64,000 nucleotides of DNA from the human T2T-CHM13v2.0 reference genome, Homo sapiens: assembly GCF_009914755.1 (NCBI RefSeq), contig NC_060948.1; one strand, written 5' to 3'. Shown here piece after piece: positions 24,201 to 38,000 of this stretch. The position numbers and the translations under genes were made by a program. The notes below the pieces were generated by a model. The model was given only the letters and a program-made list of their open reading frames with translations, searched no databases and had not been told where the DNA came from. How positions within the stretch are numbered: the first letter of the stretch is position 1; each line of letters starts with the position of its first letter.

Positions 24201-27200
24201 GAATGAAATCAATGGAATATAATGAAATGGAATGGAATGGAATGGAAAGGAATTGAATGGAATAGATTGGATTGGAAGGGATTGGAATGCAATGGAATGG
24301 AAAGGAATCGAATTTCATGAAACGGAATGGAATGAATTGGAAAGGAATGGACTCGAATGGAATGGAATGTCATGGAATGGCATCAAATGGAATGGCATCA
24401 AATGGAATGGAATCGATTGCAATGGAATGTTATGGAATGGAATGGAATGTATTGGAATGGAATGTCCTCTAATGGAATGGATTCGAGTGGAATGGAATCG
24501 AATATAATGGAGTCGAATGAAATGGAATTGAAAGGAATGGGATCAAATAGAATGGAATATACTGGAATGTAATGTAATGAAGTCGAATGTAATTGACTGG
24601 AATGGAATGTACATGAATGGAATGCCATCGAATGGAATAGAATCTAATGCAATAAAACCGACTCAAATGGAATAGAATGTAATGGAATGGAGTGCAGTGC
24701 AATGGAATGGAATGCAATGGAATGGAATGGAATGGAATGGAATGGGATGGAATGGGATGGAATGGTATGGAACGGATAATAATGGTCTGGAGTGAAATGG
24801 ACTGGAAAGGAATGGACTCAAATTGAAAGGGCTCGAAAGGAATGGGGTCAAATGTAATGGTCTGGAATGGAATGAACTCGAATGTAATGCAATCCAATAG
24901 AATGGAATCGAATGGAATGGAATATAAATAAATGTAATCGAAGAGAATGGAAACAAATGGAATGGAATTGTATGGAATTGAATCGAATCGAATCGAATGT
25001 AATTGAACGGAAAAAATGCAACTGAATAGAATCGAAAACAATGGATTCGACTGGCATCTAATAGAATGAAATGGAATGCGGTGAGGTGGAGTGGATTGTA
25101 ATGGAGTTGAATGGAATGGGGTGTAATTGAATTGAATGGAGTGGAGTGGAGTGAACTGGAGTGGAATGGAATGGAATGGGCAGGCATGGAATTGAAAGGC
25201 GTGGAGTGGAGTGGAATTGAGAGGAGTGGAATGCAGTAGGGTGGATTGTAGTGGAGAGTATTCGAAAAGAGTGGAGTGGAACGGAATGGAATGGAGTGGA
25301 GTGGAATGGAATGGAATTGAGTGAAGTGGAGTGGAGTGGAATGGAGAGTAATGGAGTGGAGTGGACTTGATTGGAGTAGATAGCAGTGCATTGGACTGTA
25401 CGGGATAGAAGGGGCTTGGAGTTCCATGGAGTGGAGTGGAATGGAATGGAATGGAGTGGAATGGATTGGAATGGACTGGAAAGGAATGGAATGGAATGGA
25501 TTTAAATGGCAGGGAATCAAATCGAATTGAATCATATTGGAACAATTTGAATCGACTGGAGGAAAGAAATCGAATGAAATCGAATGGAATGAATGGAAGA
25601 GAGTGCAATGTTATAGAATGGAATGGAGACAGATGGAATGGAATGGAACAGAGAGCAATGGTATAGAATGCAATGGAATCATATGCAATGGAATTGAGTG
25701 GAATGGAATAATATGAAATGGAATGGAATGGAATGGAATGCCCTTGCATTAAATGGACTGGAATGGAATGGACTCGAACAGAGTGGAATGGAAAGCATTG
25801 AAATAGAATGGAATGGACTCCTTTGGAATGGTCTAGTATGGATGCAATCGACTGGCAGGGAATCAAAAGGAATGTAATCGAATAGATTGGACTGGAATAC
25901 AATGGACTCGAATAGATTGGAAACGGAATGCAATGGAATGGAATGGAATAGTATGGAATGGGATGGAATGAAATGGAGTGGAATAGACTAGAGTGGAATG
26001 GAATGGACTCGAAAGCAATGGACTGGAATGGAACGGTCTTGAATGGACTGGAATCAAACGGAATGGAATGGAATGCAATGCAATCAAATGGAATGGAATA
26101 AAATAGAATGAAAGAGAATGAAATGGAATTGAATCGAATGGAATCGAATGGATTGGAAAGGAATAGAATGGAATGGAATGGAATTGACTCAAATGGAATG
26201 GACTAGAATGGAATGGAGTCGAATGGAAGGCAAAGGAATGGAATCTATTGGAATGGACTGTAACGGAATGGAATGGAAGGGATTGGAATGGACTCGAATG
26301 GAATGAACTGCAATAGAAAGGATTCGAATGGAATGAAAAAGAATTGAATGGAATAGAAGAGAATGGAATCAAATCGAATGAAATGGAATGGAATAGAAAG
26401 GAATGGAATGAAATGGAATGGAAAGGATTCGAATGGAATGCAATCGAATGGAATGGAATCGAACGGAATGGAATAAAATGGAGGCAAACTGGCAAGAAAT
26501 GGAATCGAAATGAATGGAGTGTTATGGAACGGACTCCAAAGGAATTGAATGTAATAGAATGGAGTGGAGTGGACTCGAATATAATGGACTGGAATGGAAT
26601 GGAATCACATGGAATGGGAACGAATGGAATGGAATGGAAAGGAATGGAATCGAATGGAAGGGAATGAAATTGAATCAACAGGAATGGAAAGGAATAGAAT
26701 AGACTGTAATGGAATGGACTCGAATAGAAAGGACACGAATGCTCAAATTGAATGGACTCGAATGGAATGGAAACGAATGGAATGTCATCGAATGGAATTG
26801 AATCGATTGGAATGGAATCGCATAGAATGGAGAGGAATGAAATGGAATTGAATCGAATGGAAAGGAACCGAATGGACTGAAATGAAATGGAATGGAATTG
26901 AATGGAAAGTAATGCAATGCAATAGAATGGAACGAAATTTCACGGAATGGAATGAAACAGAATGGAATCAAATCAATGGAATATAATGAAATGGAATGGA
27001 ATGGAATGGAAAGGAATTGAATGGAATAGATTGGATTGGAAGGGATTGGAATGCAATGGAATGGAAAGGACTCGAATTTCATGAAACGGAATGGAATGAA
27101 TTGGAATGGAATGGACTCGAATGGAATGGAATGTCATGGAATGGCATCAAATGGAATGGCATCAAATGGAATGGAATCGAATGCAATGGAATGTTATGGA

Positions 27201-30200
27201 ATGGAATGGAATGTATTGGAATGGAATGTCCTCTAATGGAATGGATTCGAGTGGAATGGAATCGAATATAATGGAGTCGAATGAAATGGAATTGAAAGGA
27301 CTGGGATCAAATAGAATGGAATATACTGGAATGTAATGTAATGAAGTCGAATGTAATTGACTGGAATGGAATGTACATGAATGGAATGCAATCGAATGGA
27401 ATAGAATCTAATGCAATAAAACCGACTCAAATGGAATAGAATGTAATGGAATGGAGTGCAGTGCAATGGAATGGAATGGAATGGAATGGAATGGAATGGA
27501 ATGGGATGGAATGGGATGGAATGGTATGGAACGGATAATAATGGTCTGGAGGAAATGGACTGGAAAGGAATGGACTCAAATTGAAAGGGCTCGAAAGGAA
27601 TGGGGTCAAATGTAATGGTCTGGAATGGAATGAACTCGAATGTAATGCAATCCAATAGAATGGAATCGAATGGAATGGAATATAAAGAAATGGAATCGAA
27701 GAGAATGGAAACAAATGGAATGGAATTGTATGGAATTGAATCGAATCGAATCGAATGTAATTGAACGGAAAAAATGCAACTGAATAGAATCGAAAACAAT
27801 GGATTCGACTGGCATCTGATAGAATGAAATGGAATGCGGTGAGGTGGAGTGGATTGTAATGGAGTTGAATGGAATGGGGTGTAATTGAATTGAATGGAGT
27901 GGAGTGGAGTGAACTGGAGTGGAATGGAATGGAATGGGCAGGCATGGAATTGAAAGGCGTGGAGTGGAGTGGAATTGAGAGGAGTGGAATGCAGTAGGGT
28001 GGATTGTAGTGGAGAGTATTCGAAAAGAGTGGAGTGGAACGGAATGGAATGGAGTGGAGTGGAATGGAATGGAATTGAGTGAAGTGGAGTGGAGTGGAAT
28101 GGAGAGTAATGGAGTGGAGTGGACTTGATTGGAGTAGATAGCAGTGCATTGGACTGTACGGGATAGAAGGGGCTTGGAGTTCCATGGAGTGGAGTGGAAT
28201 GGAATGGAATGGAGTGGAATGGATTGGAATGGACTGGAAAGGAATGGAATGGAATGGATTTAAATGGCAGGGAATCAAATCGAATTGAATCATATTGGAA
28301 CAATTTGAATCGACTGGAGGAAAGAAATCGAATGAAATCGAATGGAATGAATGGAAGAGAGTGCAATGTTATAGAATGGAATGGAGACAGATGGAATGGA
28401 ATGGAACAGAGAGCAATGGTATAGAATGCAATGGAATCATATGAAATGGAATTGAGTGGAATGGAATAATATGAAATGGAATGGAATGGAATGGAATGCC
28501 CTTGCATTAAATGGACTGGAATGGAATGGACTCGAACAGAGTGGAATGGAAAGCATTGAAATAGAATGGAATGGACTCCTTTGGAATGGTCTAGTATGGA
28601 TGCAATCGACTGGCAGGGAATCAAAAGGAATGTAATCGAATAGATTGGACTGGAATACAATGGACTCGAATAGATTGGAAACGGAATGCAATGGAATGGA
28701 ATGGAATAGTATGGAATGGGATGGAATGAAATGGAGTGGAATAGACTAGAGTGGAATGGAATGGACTCGAAAGCAATGGACTGGAATGGAACGGTCTTGA
28801 ATGGACTGGAATCAAACGGAATGGAATGGAATGCAATGCAATCAAATGGAATGGAATAAAATAGAATGAAAGAGAATGAAATGGAATTGAATCGAATGGA
28901 ATCGAATGGATTGGAAAGGAATAGAATGGAATGGAATGGAATTGACTCAAATGGAATGGACTAGAATGGAATGGAGTCGAATGGAAGGCAAAGGAATGGA
29001 ATCTATTGGAATGGACTGTAACGGAATGGAATGGAAGGGATTGGAATGGACTCGAATGGAATGAACTGCAATAGAAAGGATTCGAATGGAATGAAAAAGA
29101 ATTGAATGGAATAGAAGAGAATGGAATCAAATCGAATGAAATGGAATGGAATAGAAAGGAATGGAATGAAATGGAATGGAAAGGATTCGAATGGAATGCA
29201 ATCGAATGGAATGGAATCGAACGGAATGGAATAAAATGGAGGCAAACTGGCAAGAAATGGAATCGAAATGAATGGAGTGTTATGGAACGGACTCCAAAGG
29301 AATTGAATGTAATAGAATGGAGTGGAGTGGACTCGAATATAATGGACTGGAATGGAATGGAATCACATGGAATGGGAACGAATGGAATGGAATGGAAAGG
29401 AATGGAATCGAATGGAAGGGAATGAAATTGAATCAACAGGAATGGAAGGGAATAGAATAGACTGTAATGGAATGGACTCGAATAGAAAGGACACGAATGC
29501 TCAAATTGAATGGACTCGAATGGAATGGAAACGAATGGAATGTCATCGAATGGAATTGAATCGATTGGAATGGAATCGCATAGAATGGAGAGGAATGAAA
29601 TGGAATTGAATCGAATGGAAAGGAACCGAATGGACTGAAATGAAATGGAATGTAATTGAATGGAAAGTAATGCAATGCAATAGAATGGAACGAAATTTCA
29701 CGGAATGGAATGAAACAGAATGGAATCAAATCAATGGAATATAATGAAATGGAATGGAATGGAATGGAAAGGAATTGAATGGAATAGATTGGATTGGAAG
29801 GGATTGGAATGCAATGGAATGGAAAGGACTCGAATTTCATGAAACGGAATGGAATGAATTGGAATGGAATGGACTCGAATGGAATGGAATGTCATGGAAT
29901 GGCATCAAATGGAATGGCATCAAATGGAATGGAATCGAATGCAATGGAATGTTATGGAATGGAATGGAATGTATTGGAATGGAATGTCCTCTAATGGAAT
30001 GGATTCGAGTGGAATGGAATCGAATATAATGGAGTCGAATGAAATGGAATTGAAAGGACTGGGATCAAATAGAATGGAATATACTGGAATGTAATGTAAT
30101 GAAGTCGAATGTAATTGACTGGAATGGAATGTACATGAATGGAATGCAATCGAATGGAATAGAATCTAATGCAATAAAACCGACTCAAATGGAATAGAAT

Positions 30201-32146
30201 GTAATGGAATGGAGTGCAGTGCAATGGAATGGAATGGAATGGAATGGAATGGAATGGAATGGGATGGAATGGGATGGAATGGTATGGAACGGATAATAAT
30301 GGTCTGGAGGAAATGGACTGGAAAGGAATGGACTCAAATTGAAAGGGATCGAAAGGAATGGGGTCAAATGTAATGGTCTGGAATGGAATGAACTCGAATG
30401 TAATGCAATCCAATAGAATGGAATCGAATGGAATGGAATATAAAGAAATGGAATCGAAGAGAATGGAAACAAATGGAATGGAATTGTATGGAATTGAATC
30501 GAATCGAATCGAATGTAATTGAACGGAAAAAATGCAACTGAATAGAATCGAAAACAATGGATTCGACTGGCATCTAATAGAATGAAATGGAATGCGGTGA
30601 GATGGAGTGGATTGTAATGGAGTTGAATGGAATGGGGTGTAATTGAATTGAATGGAGTGGAGTGGAGTGAACTGGAGTGGAATGGAATGGAATGGGCAGG
30701 CATGGAATTGAAAGGCGTGGAGTGGAGTGGAATTGAGAGGAGTGGAATGCAGTAGGGTGGATTGTATTGGAGAGTATTCGAAAAGAGTGGAGTGGAACGG
30801 AATGGAATGGAGTGGAGTGGAATGGAATGGAATTGAGTGAAGTGGAGTGGAGTGGAATGGAGAGTAATGGAGTGGAGTGGACTTGATTGGAGTAGATAGC
30901 AGTGTATTGGACTGTACGGGATAGAAGGGGCTTGGAGTTCCATGGAGTGGAGTGGAATGGAATGGAATGGAGTGGAATGGATTGGAATGGACTGGAAAGG
31001 AATGGAATGGAATGGATTTAAATGGCAGGGAATCAAATCGAATTGAATCATATTGGAACAATTTGAATCGACTGGAGGAAAGAAATCGAATGAAATCGAA
31101 TGGAATGAATGGAAGAGAGTGCAATGTTATAGAATGGAATGGAGACAGATGGAATGGAATGGAACAGAGAGCAATGGTATAGAATGCAATGGAATCATAT
31201 GAAATGGAATTGAGTGGAATGGAATAATATGAAATGGAATGGAATGGAATGGAATGCCCTTGCATTAAATGGACTGGAATGGAATGGACTCGAACAGAGT
31301 GGAATGGAAAGCATTGAAATAGAATGGAATGGACTCCTTTGGAATGGTCTAGTATGGATGCAATCGACTGGCAGGGAATCAAAAGGAATGTAATCGAATA
31401 GATTGGACTGGAATACAATGGACTCGAATAGATTGGAAACGGAATACAATGGAATGGAATGGAATAGTTTGGAATGGGATGGAATGAAATGGAGTGGAAT
31501 AGACTAGAGTGGAATGGAATGGACTCGAAAGCAATGGACTGGAATGGAACGGTCTTGAATGGACTGGAATCAAACGGAATGGAATGGAATGCAATGCAAT
31601 CAAATGGAATGGAATAAAATAGAATGAAAGAGAATGAAATGGAATTGAATCGAATGGAATCGAATGGATTGGAAAGGAATAGAATGGAATGGAATGGAAT
31701 TGACTCAAATGGAATGGACTAGAATGGAATGGAGTCGAATGGAAGGCAAAGGAATGGAATCTATTGGAATGGACTGTAACGGAATGGAATGGAAGGGATT
31801 GGAATGAACTCGAATGGAATGAACTGCAATAGAAAGGATTCGAATGGAATGAAAAAGAATTGAATGGAATAGAAGAGAATGGAATCAAATCGAATGAAAT
31901 GGAATGGAATAGAAAGGAATGGAATGAAATGGAATGGAAAGGATTCGAATGGAATGCAATCGAATGGAATGGAATCGAACGGAATGGAATAAAATGGAGG
32001 CAAACTGGCAAGAAATGGAATCCAAATGAATGGAGTGTTATGGAACGGACTCCAAAGGAATTGAATGTAATAGAATGGAGTGGAGTGGACTCGAATATAA
32101 TGGACTGGAATGGAATGGAATCACATGGAATGGGAACGAATGGAAC
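21261..32146 (+). repeat. Near-identical block, copy 1 (minimum extent); partner lies at +13,807 bp
   Basis: Unit starts 22015/24773/27532/30290 map to 35822/38580/41339/44097, all +13,807. Rare variants and distinctive ORFs (21716..22849 vs 35523..36656; 24021..24212 vs 37828..38019) recur at the same offset. Confidence 0.9.
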
Positions 32147-35067
32147 GGAATGGAAAGGAATGGAATCGAATGGAAGGGAATGAAATTGAATCAACAGGAA
32201 TGGAAGGGAATAGAATAGACTGTAATGGAATGGACTCGAATAGAAAGGACACGAATGCTCAAATTGAATGGACTCGAATGGAATGGAAACGAATGGAATG
32301 TCATCGAATGGAATTGAATCGATTGGAATGGAATCGCATAGAATGGAGAGGAATGAAATGGAATTGAATCGAATGGAAAGGAACCGAATGGACTGAAATG
32401 AAATGGAATGGAATTGAATGGAAAGTAATGCAATGCAATAGAATGGAACGAAATTTCACGGAATGGAATGAAACAGAATGGAATCAAATCAATGGAATAT
32501 AATGAAATGGAATGGAATGGAATGGAAAGGAATTGAATGGAATAGATTGGATTGGAAGGGATTGGAATGCAATGGAATGGAAAGGAATCGAATTTCATGA
32601 AACGGAATGGAATGAATTGGAAAGGAATGGACTCGAATGGAATGGAATGTCATGGAATGGCATCAAATGGAATGGCATCAAATGGAATGGAATCGATTGC
32701 AATGGAATGTTATGGAATGGAATGGAATGTATTGGAATGGAATGTCCTCTAATGGAATGGATTCGAGTGGAATGGAATCGAATATAATGGAGTCGAATGA
32801 AATGGAATTGAAAGGAATGGGATCAAATAGAATGGAATATACTGGAATGTAATGTAATGAAGTCGAATGTAGTTGACTGGAATGGAATGTACATGAATGG
32901 AATGCCATCGAATGGAATAGAATCTAATGCAATAAAACCGACTCAAATGGAATAGAATGTAATGGAATGGAGTGCAGTGCAATGGAATGGAATGCAATGG
33001 AATGGAATGGAATGGAATGGAATGGAATGGAATGGGATGGAATGGGATGGAATGGTATGGAACGGATAATAATGGTCTGGAGTGAAATGGACTGGAAAGG
33101 AATGGACTCAAATTGAAAGGGCTCGAAAGGAATGGGGTCAAATGTAATGGTCTGGAATGGAATGAACTCGAATGTAATGCAATCCAATAGAATGGAATCG
33201 AATGGAATGGAATATAAATAAATGGAATCGAAGAGAATGGAAACAAATGGAATGGAATTGTATGGAATTGAATCGAATCGAATCGAATGTAATTGAACGG
33301 AAAAAATGCAACTGAATAGAATCGAAAACAATGGATTCGACTGGCATCTAATAGAATGAAATGGAATGCGGTGAGGTGGAGTGGATTGTAATGGAGTTGA
33401 ATGGAATGGGGTGTAATTGAAATGAATGGAGTGGAGTGGAGTGAACTGGAGTGGAATGGAATGGAATGGGCAGGCATGGAATTGAAAGGCGTGGAGTGGA
33501 GTGGAATTGAGAGGAGTGGAATGCAGTAGGGTGGAGTGTAGTGGAGAGTATTCGAAAAGAGTGGAGTGGAACGGAATGGAATGGAGTGGAGTGGAATGGA
33601 ATGGAATTGAGTGAAGTGGAGTGGAGTGGAATGGAGAGTAATGGAGTGGAGTGGACTTGATTGGAGTAGATAGCAGTGCATTGGACTGTACGGGATAGAA
33701 GGGGCTTGGAGTTCCATGGAGTGGAGTGGAATGGAATGGAATGGAGTGGAATGGATTGGAATGGACTGGAAAGGAATGTAATGGAATGGATTTAAATGGC
33801 AGGGAATCAAATCGAATTGAATCATATTGGAACAATTTGAATCGACTGGAGGAAAGAAATCGAATGAAATCGAATGGAATGAATGGAAGAGAGTGCAATG
33901 TTATAGAATGGAATGGAGACAGATGGAATGGAATGGAACAGAGAGCAATGGTATAGAATGCAATGGAATCATATGAAATGGAATTGAGTGGAATGGAATA
34001 ATATGAAATGGAATGGAATGGAATGGAATGCCCTTGCATTAAATGGACTGGAATGGAATGGACTCGAACAGAGTGGAATGGAAAGCATTGAAATAGAATG
34101 GAATGGACTCCTTTGGAATGGTCTAGTATGGATGCAATCGACTGGCAGGGAATCAAAAGGAATGTAATCGAATAGATTGGACTGGAATACAATGGACTCG
34201 AATAGATTGGAAACGGAATGCAATGGAATGGAATGGAATAGTATGGAATGGGATGGAATGAAATGGAGTGGAATAGACTAGAGTGGAATGGAATGGACTC
34301 GAAAGCAATGGACTGGAATGGAACGGTCTTGAATGGACTGGAATCAAACGGAATGGAATGGAATGCAATGCAATCAAATGGAATGGAATAAAATAGAATG
34401 AAAGAGAATGAAATGGAATTGAATCGAATGGAATCGAATGGATTGGAAAGGAATAGAATGGAATGGAATGGAATTGACTCAAATGGAATGGACTAGAATG
34501 GAATGGAGTCGAATGGAAGGCAAAGGAATGGAATCTATTGGAATGGACTGTAACGGAATGGAATGGAAGGGATTGGAATGGACTCGAATGGAATGAACTG
34601 CAATAGAAAGGATTCGAATGGAATGAAAAAGAATTGAATGGAATAGAAGAGAATGGAATCAAATCGAATGAAATGGAATGGAATAGAAAGGAATGGAATG
34701 AAATGGAATGGAAAGGATTCGAATGGAATGCAATCGAATGGAATGGAATCGAACGGAATGGAATAAAATGGAGGCAAACTGGCAAGAAATGGAATCGAAA
34801 TGAATGGAGTGTTATGGAACGGACTCCAAAGGAATTGAATGTAATAGAATGGAGTGGAGTGGACTCGAATATAATGGACTGGAATGGAATGGAATCACAT
34901 GGAATGGGAACGAATGGAATGGAATGGAAAGGAATGGAATCGAATGGAAGGGAATGAAATTGAATCAACAGGAATGGAAGGGAATAGAATAGACTGTAAT
35001 GGAATGGACTCGAATAGAAAGGACACGAATGCTCAAATTGAATGGACTCGAATGGAATGGAAACGAA

Positions 35068-38000
35068 AGGAATGTCATCGAATGGAATTGAATCGATTGG
35101 AATGGAATCGCATAGAATGGAGAGGAATGAAATGGAATTGAATCGAATGGAAAGGAACCGAATGGACTGAAATGAAATGGAATGGAATTGAATGGAAAGT
35201 AATGCAATGCAATAGAATGGAACGAAATTTCACGGAATGGAATGAAACAGAATGGAATCAAATCAATGGAATATAATGAAATGGAATGGAATGGAATGGA
35301 AAGGAATTGAATGGAATAGATTGGATTGGAAGGGATTGGAATGCAATGGAATGGAAAGGACTCGAATTTCATGAAACGGAATGGAATGAATTGGAATGGA
35401 ATGGACTCGAATGGAATGGAATGTCATGGAATGGCATCAAATGGAATGGCATCAAATGGAATGGAATCGAATGCAATGGAATGTTATGGAATGGAATGGA
35501 ATGTATTGGAATGGAATGTCCTCTAATGGAATGGATTCGAGTGGAATGGAATCGAATATAATGGAGTCGAATGAAATGGAATTGAAAGGACTGGGATCAA
35601 ATAGAATGGAATATACTGGAATGTAATGTAATGAAGTCGAATGTAATTGACTGGAATGGAATGTACATGAATGGAATGCAATCGAATGGAATAGAATCTA
35701 ATGCAATAAAACCGACTCAAATGGAATAGAATGTAATGGAATGGAGTGCAGTGCAATGGAATGGAATGGAATGGAATGGAATGGAATGGGATGGGATGGA
35801 ATGGGATGGAATGGTATGGAACGGATAATAATGGTCTGGAGGAAATGGACTGGAAAGGAATGGACTCAAATTGAAAGGGCTCGAAAGGAATGGGGTCAAA
35901 TGTAATGGTCTGGAATGGAATGAACTCGAATGTAATGCAATCCAATAGAATGGAATCGAATGGAATGGAATATAAAGAAATGGAATCGAAGAGAATGGAA
36001 ACAAATGGAATGGAATTGTATGGAATTGAATCGAATCGAATCGAATGTAATTGAACGGAAAAAATGCAACTGAATAGAATCGAAAACAATGGATTCGACT
36101 GGCATCTAATAGAATGAAATGGAATGCGGTGAGATGGAGTGGATTGTAATGGAGTTGAATGGAATGGGGTGTAATTGAATTGAATGGAGTGGAGTGGAGT
36201 GAACTGGAGTGGAATGGAATGGAATGGGCAGGCATGGAATTGAAAGGCGTGGAGTGGAGTGGAATTGAGAGGAGTGGAATGCAGTAGGGTGGATTGTAGT
36301 GGAGAGTATTCGAAAAGAGTGGAGTGGAACGGAATGGAATGGAGTGGAGTGGAATGGAATGGAATTGAGTGAAGTGGAGTGGAGTGGAATGGAGAGTAAT
36401 GGAGTGGAGTGGACTTGATTGGAGTAGATAGCAGTGCATTGGACTGTACGGGATAGAAGGGGCTTGGAGTGCCATGGAGTGGAGTGGAATGGAATGGAGT
36501 GGAGTGGAATGGATTGGAATGGACTGGAAAGGAATGGAATGGAATGGATTTAAATGGCAGGGAATCAAATCGAATTGAATCATATTGGAACAATTTGAAT
36601 CGACTGGAGGAAAGAAATCGAATGAAATCGAATGGAATGAATGGAAGAGAGTGCAATGTTATAGAATGGAATGGAGACAGATGGAATGGAATGGAACAGA
36701 GAGCAATGGTATAGAATGCAATGGAATCATATGAAATGGAATTGAGTGGAATGGAATAATATGAAATGGAATGGAATGGAATGCCCTTGCATTAAATGGA
36801 CTGGAATGGAATGGACTCGAACAGAGTGGAACGGAAAGCATTGAAATAGAATGGAATGGACTCCTTTGGAATGGTCTAGTATGGATGCAATCGACTGGCA
36901 GGGAATCAAAAGGAATGTAATCGAATAGATTGGACTGGAATACAATGGACTCGAATAGATTGGAAACGGAATGCAATGGAATGGAATGGAATAGTATGGA
37001 ATGGGATGGAATGAAATGGAGTGGAATAGACTAGAGTGGAATGGAATGGACTCGAAAGCAATGGACTGGAATGGAACGGTCTTGAATGGACTGGAATCAA
37101 ACGGAATGGAATGGAATGCAATGCAATCAAATGGAATGGAATAAAATAGAATGAAAGAGAATCAAATGGAATTGAATCGAATGGAATCGAATGGATTGGA
37201 AAGGAATAGAATGGAATGGAATGGAATTGACTCAAATGGAATGGACTAGAATGGAATGGAGTCGAATGGAAGGCAAAGGAATGGAATCTATTGGAATGGA
37301 CTGTAATGGAATGGAATGGAAGGGATTGGAATGGACTCGAATGGAATGAACTGCAATAGAAAGGATTCGAATGGAATGAAAAAGAATTGAATGGAATAGA
37401 AGAGAATGGAATCAAATCGAATGAAATGGAATGGAATAGAAAGGAATGGAATGAAATGGAATGGAAAGGATTCGAATGGAATGCAATCGAATGGAATGGA
37501 ATCGAACGGAATGGAATAAAATGGAAGCAAACTGGCAAGAAATGGAATCGAAATGAATGGAGTGTTATGGAACGGACTCCAAAGGAATTGAATGTAATAG
37601 AATGGAGTGGAGTGGACTCGAATATAATGGACTGGAATGGAATGGAATCACATGGAATGGGAACGAATGGAATGGAATGGAAAGGAATGGAATCGAATGG
37701 AAGGGAATGAAATTGAATCAACAGGAATGGAAGGGAATAGAATAGACTGTAATGGAATGGACTCGAATAGAAAGGACACGAATGCTCAAATTGAATGGAC
37801 TCGAATGGAATGGAAACGAATGGAATGTCATCGAATGGAATTGAATCGATTGGAATGGAATCGCATAGAATGGAGAGGAATGAAATGGAATTGAATCGAA
37901 TGGAAAGGAACCGAATGGACTGAAATGAAATGGAATGGAATTGAATGGAAAGTAATGCAATGCAATAGAATGGAACGAAATTTCACGGAATGGAATGAAA

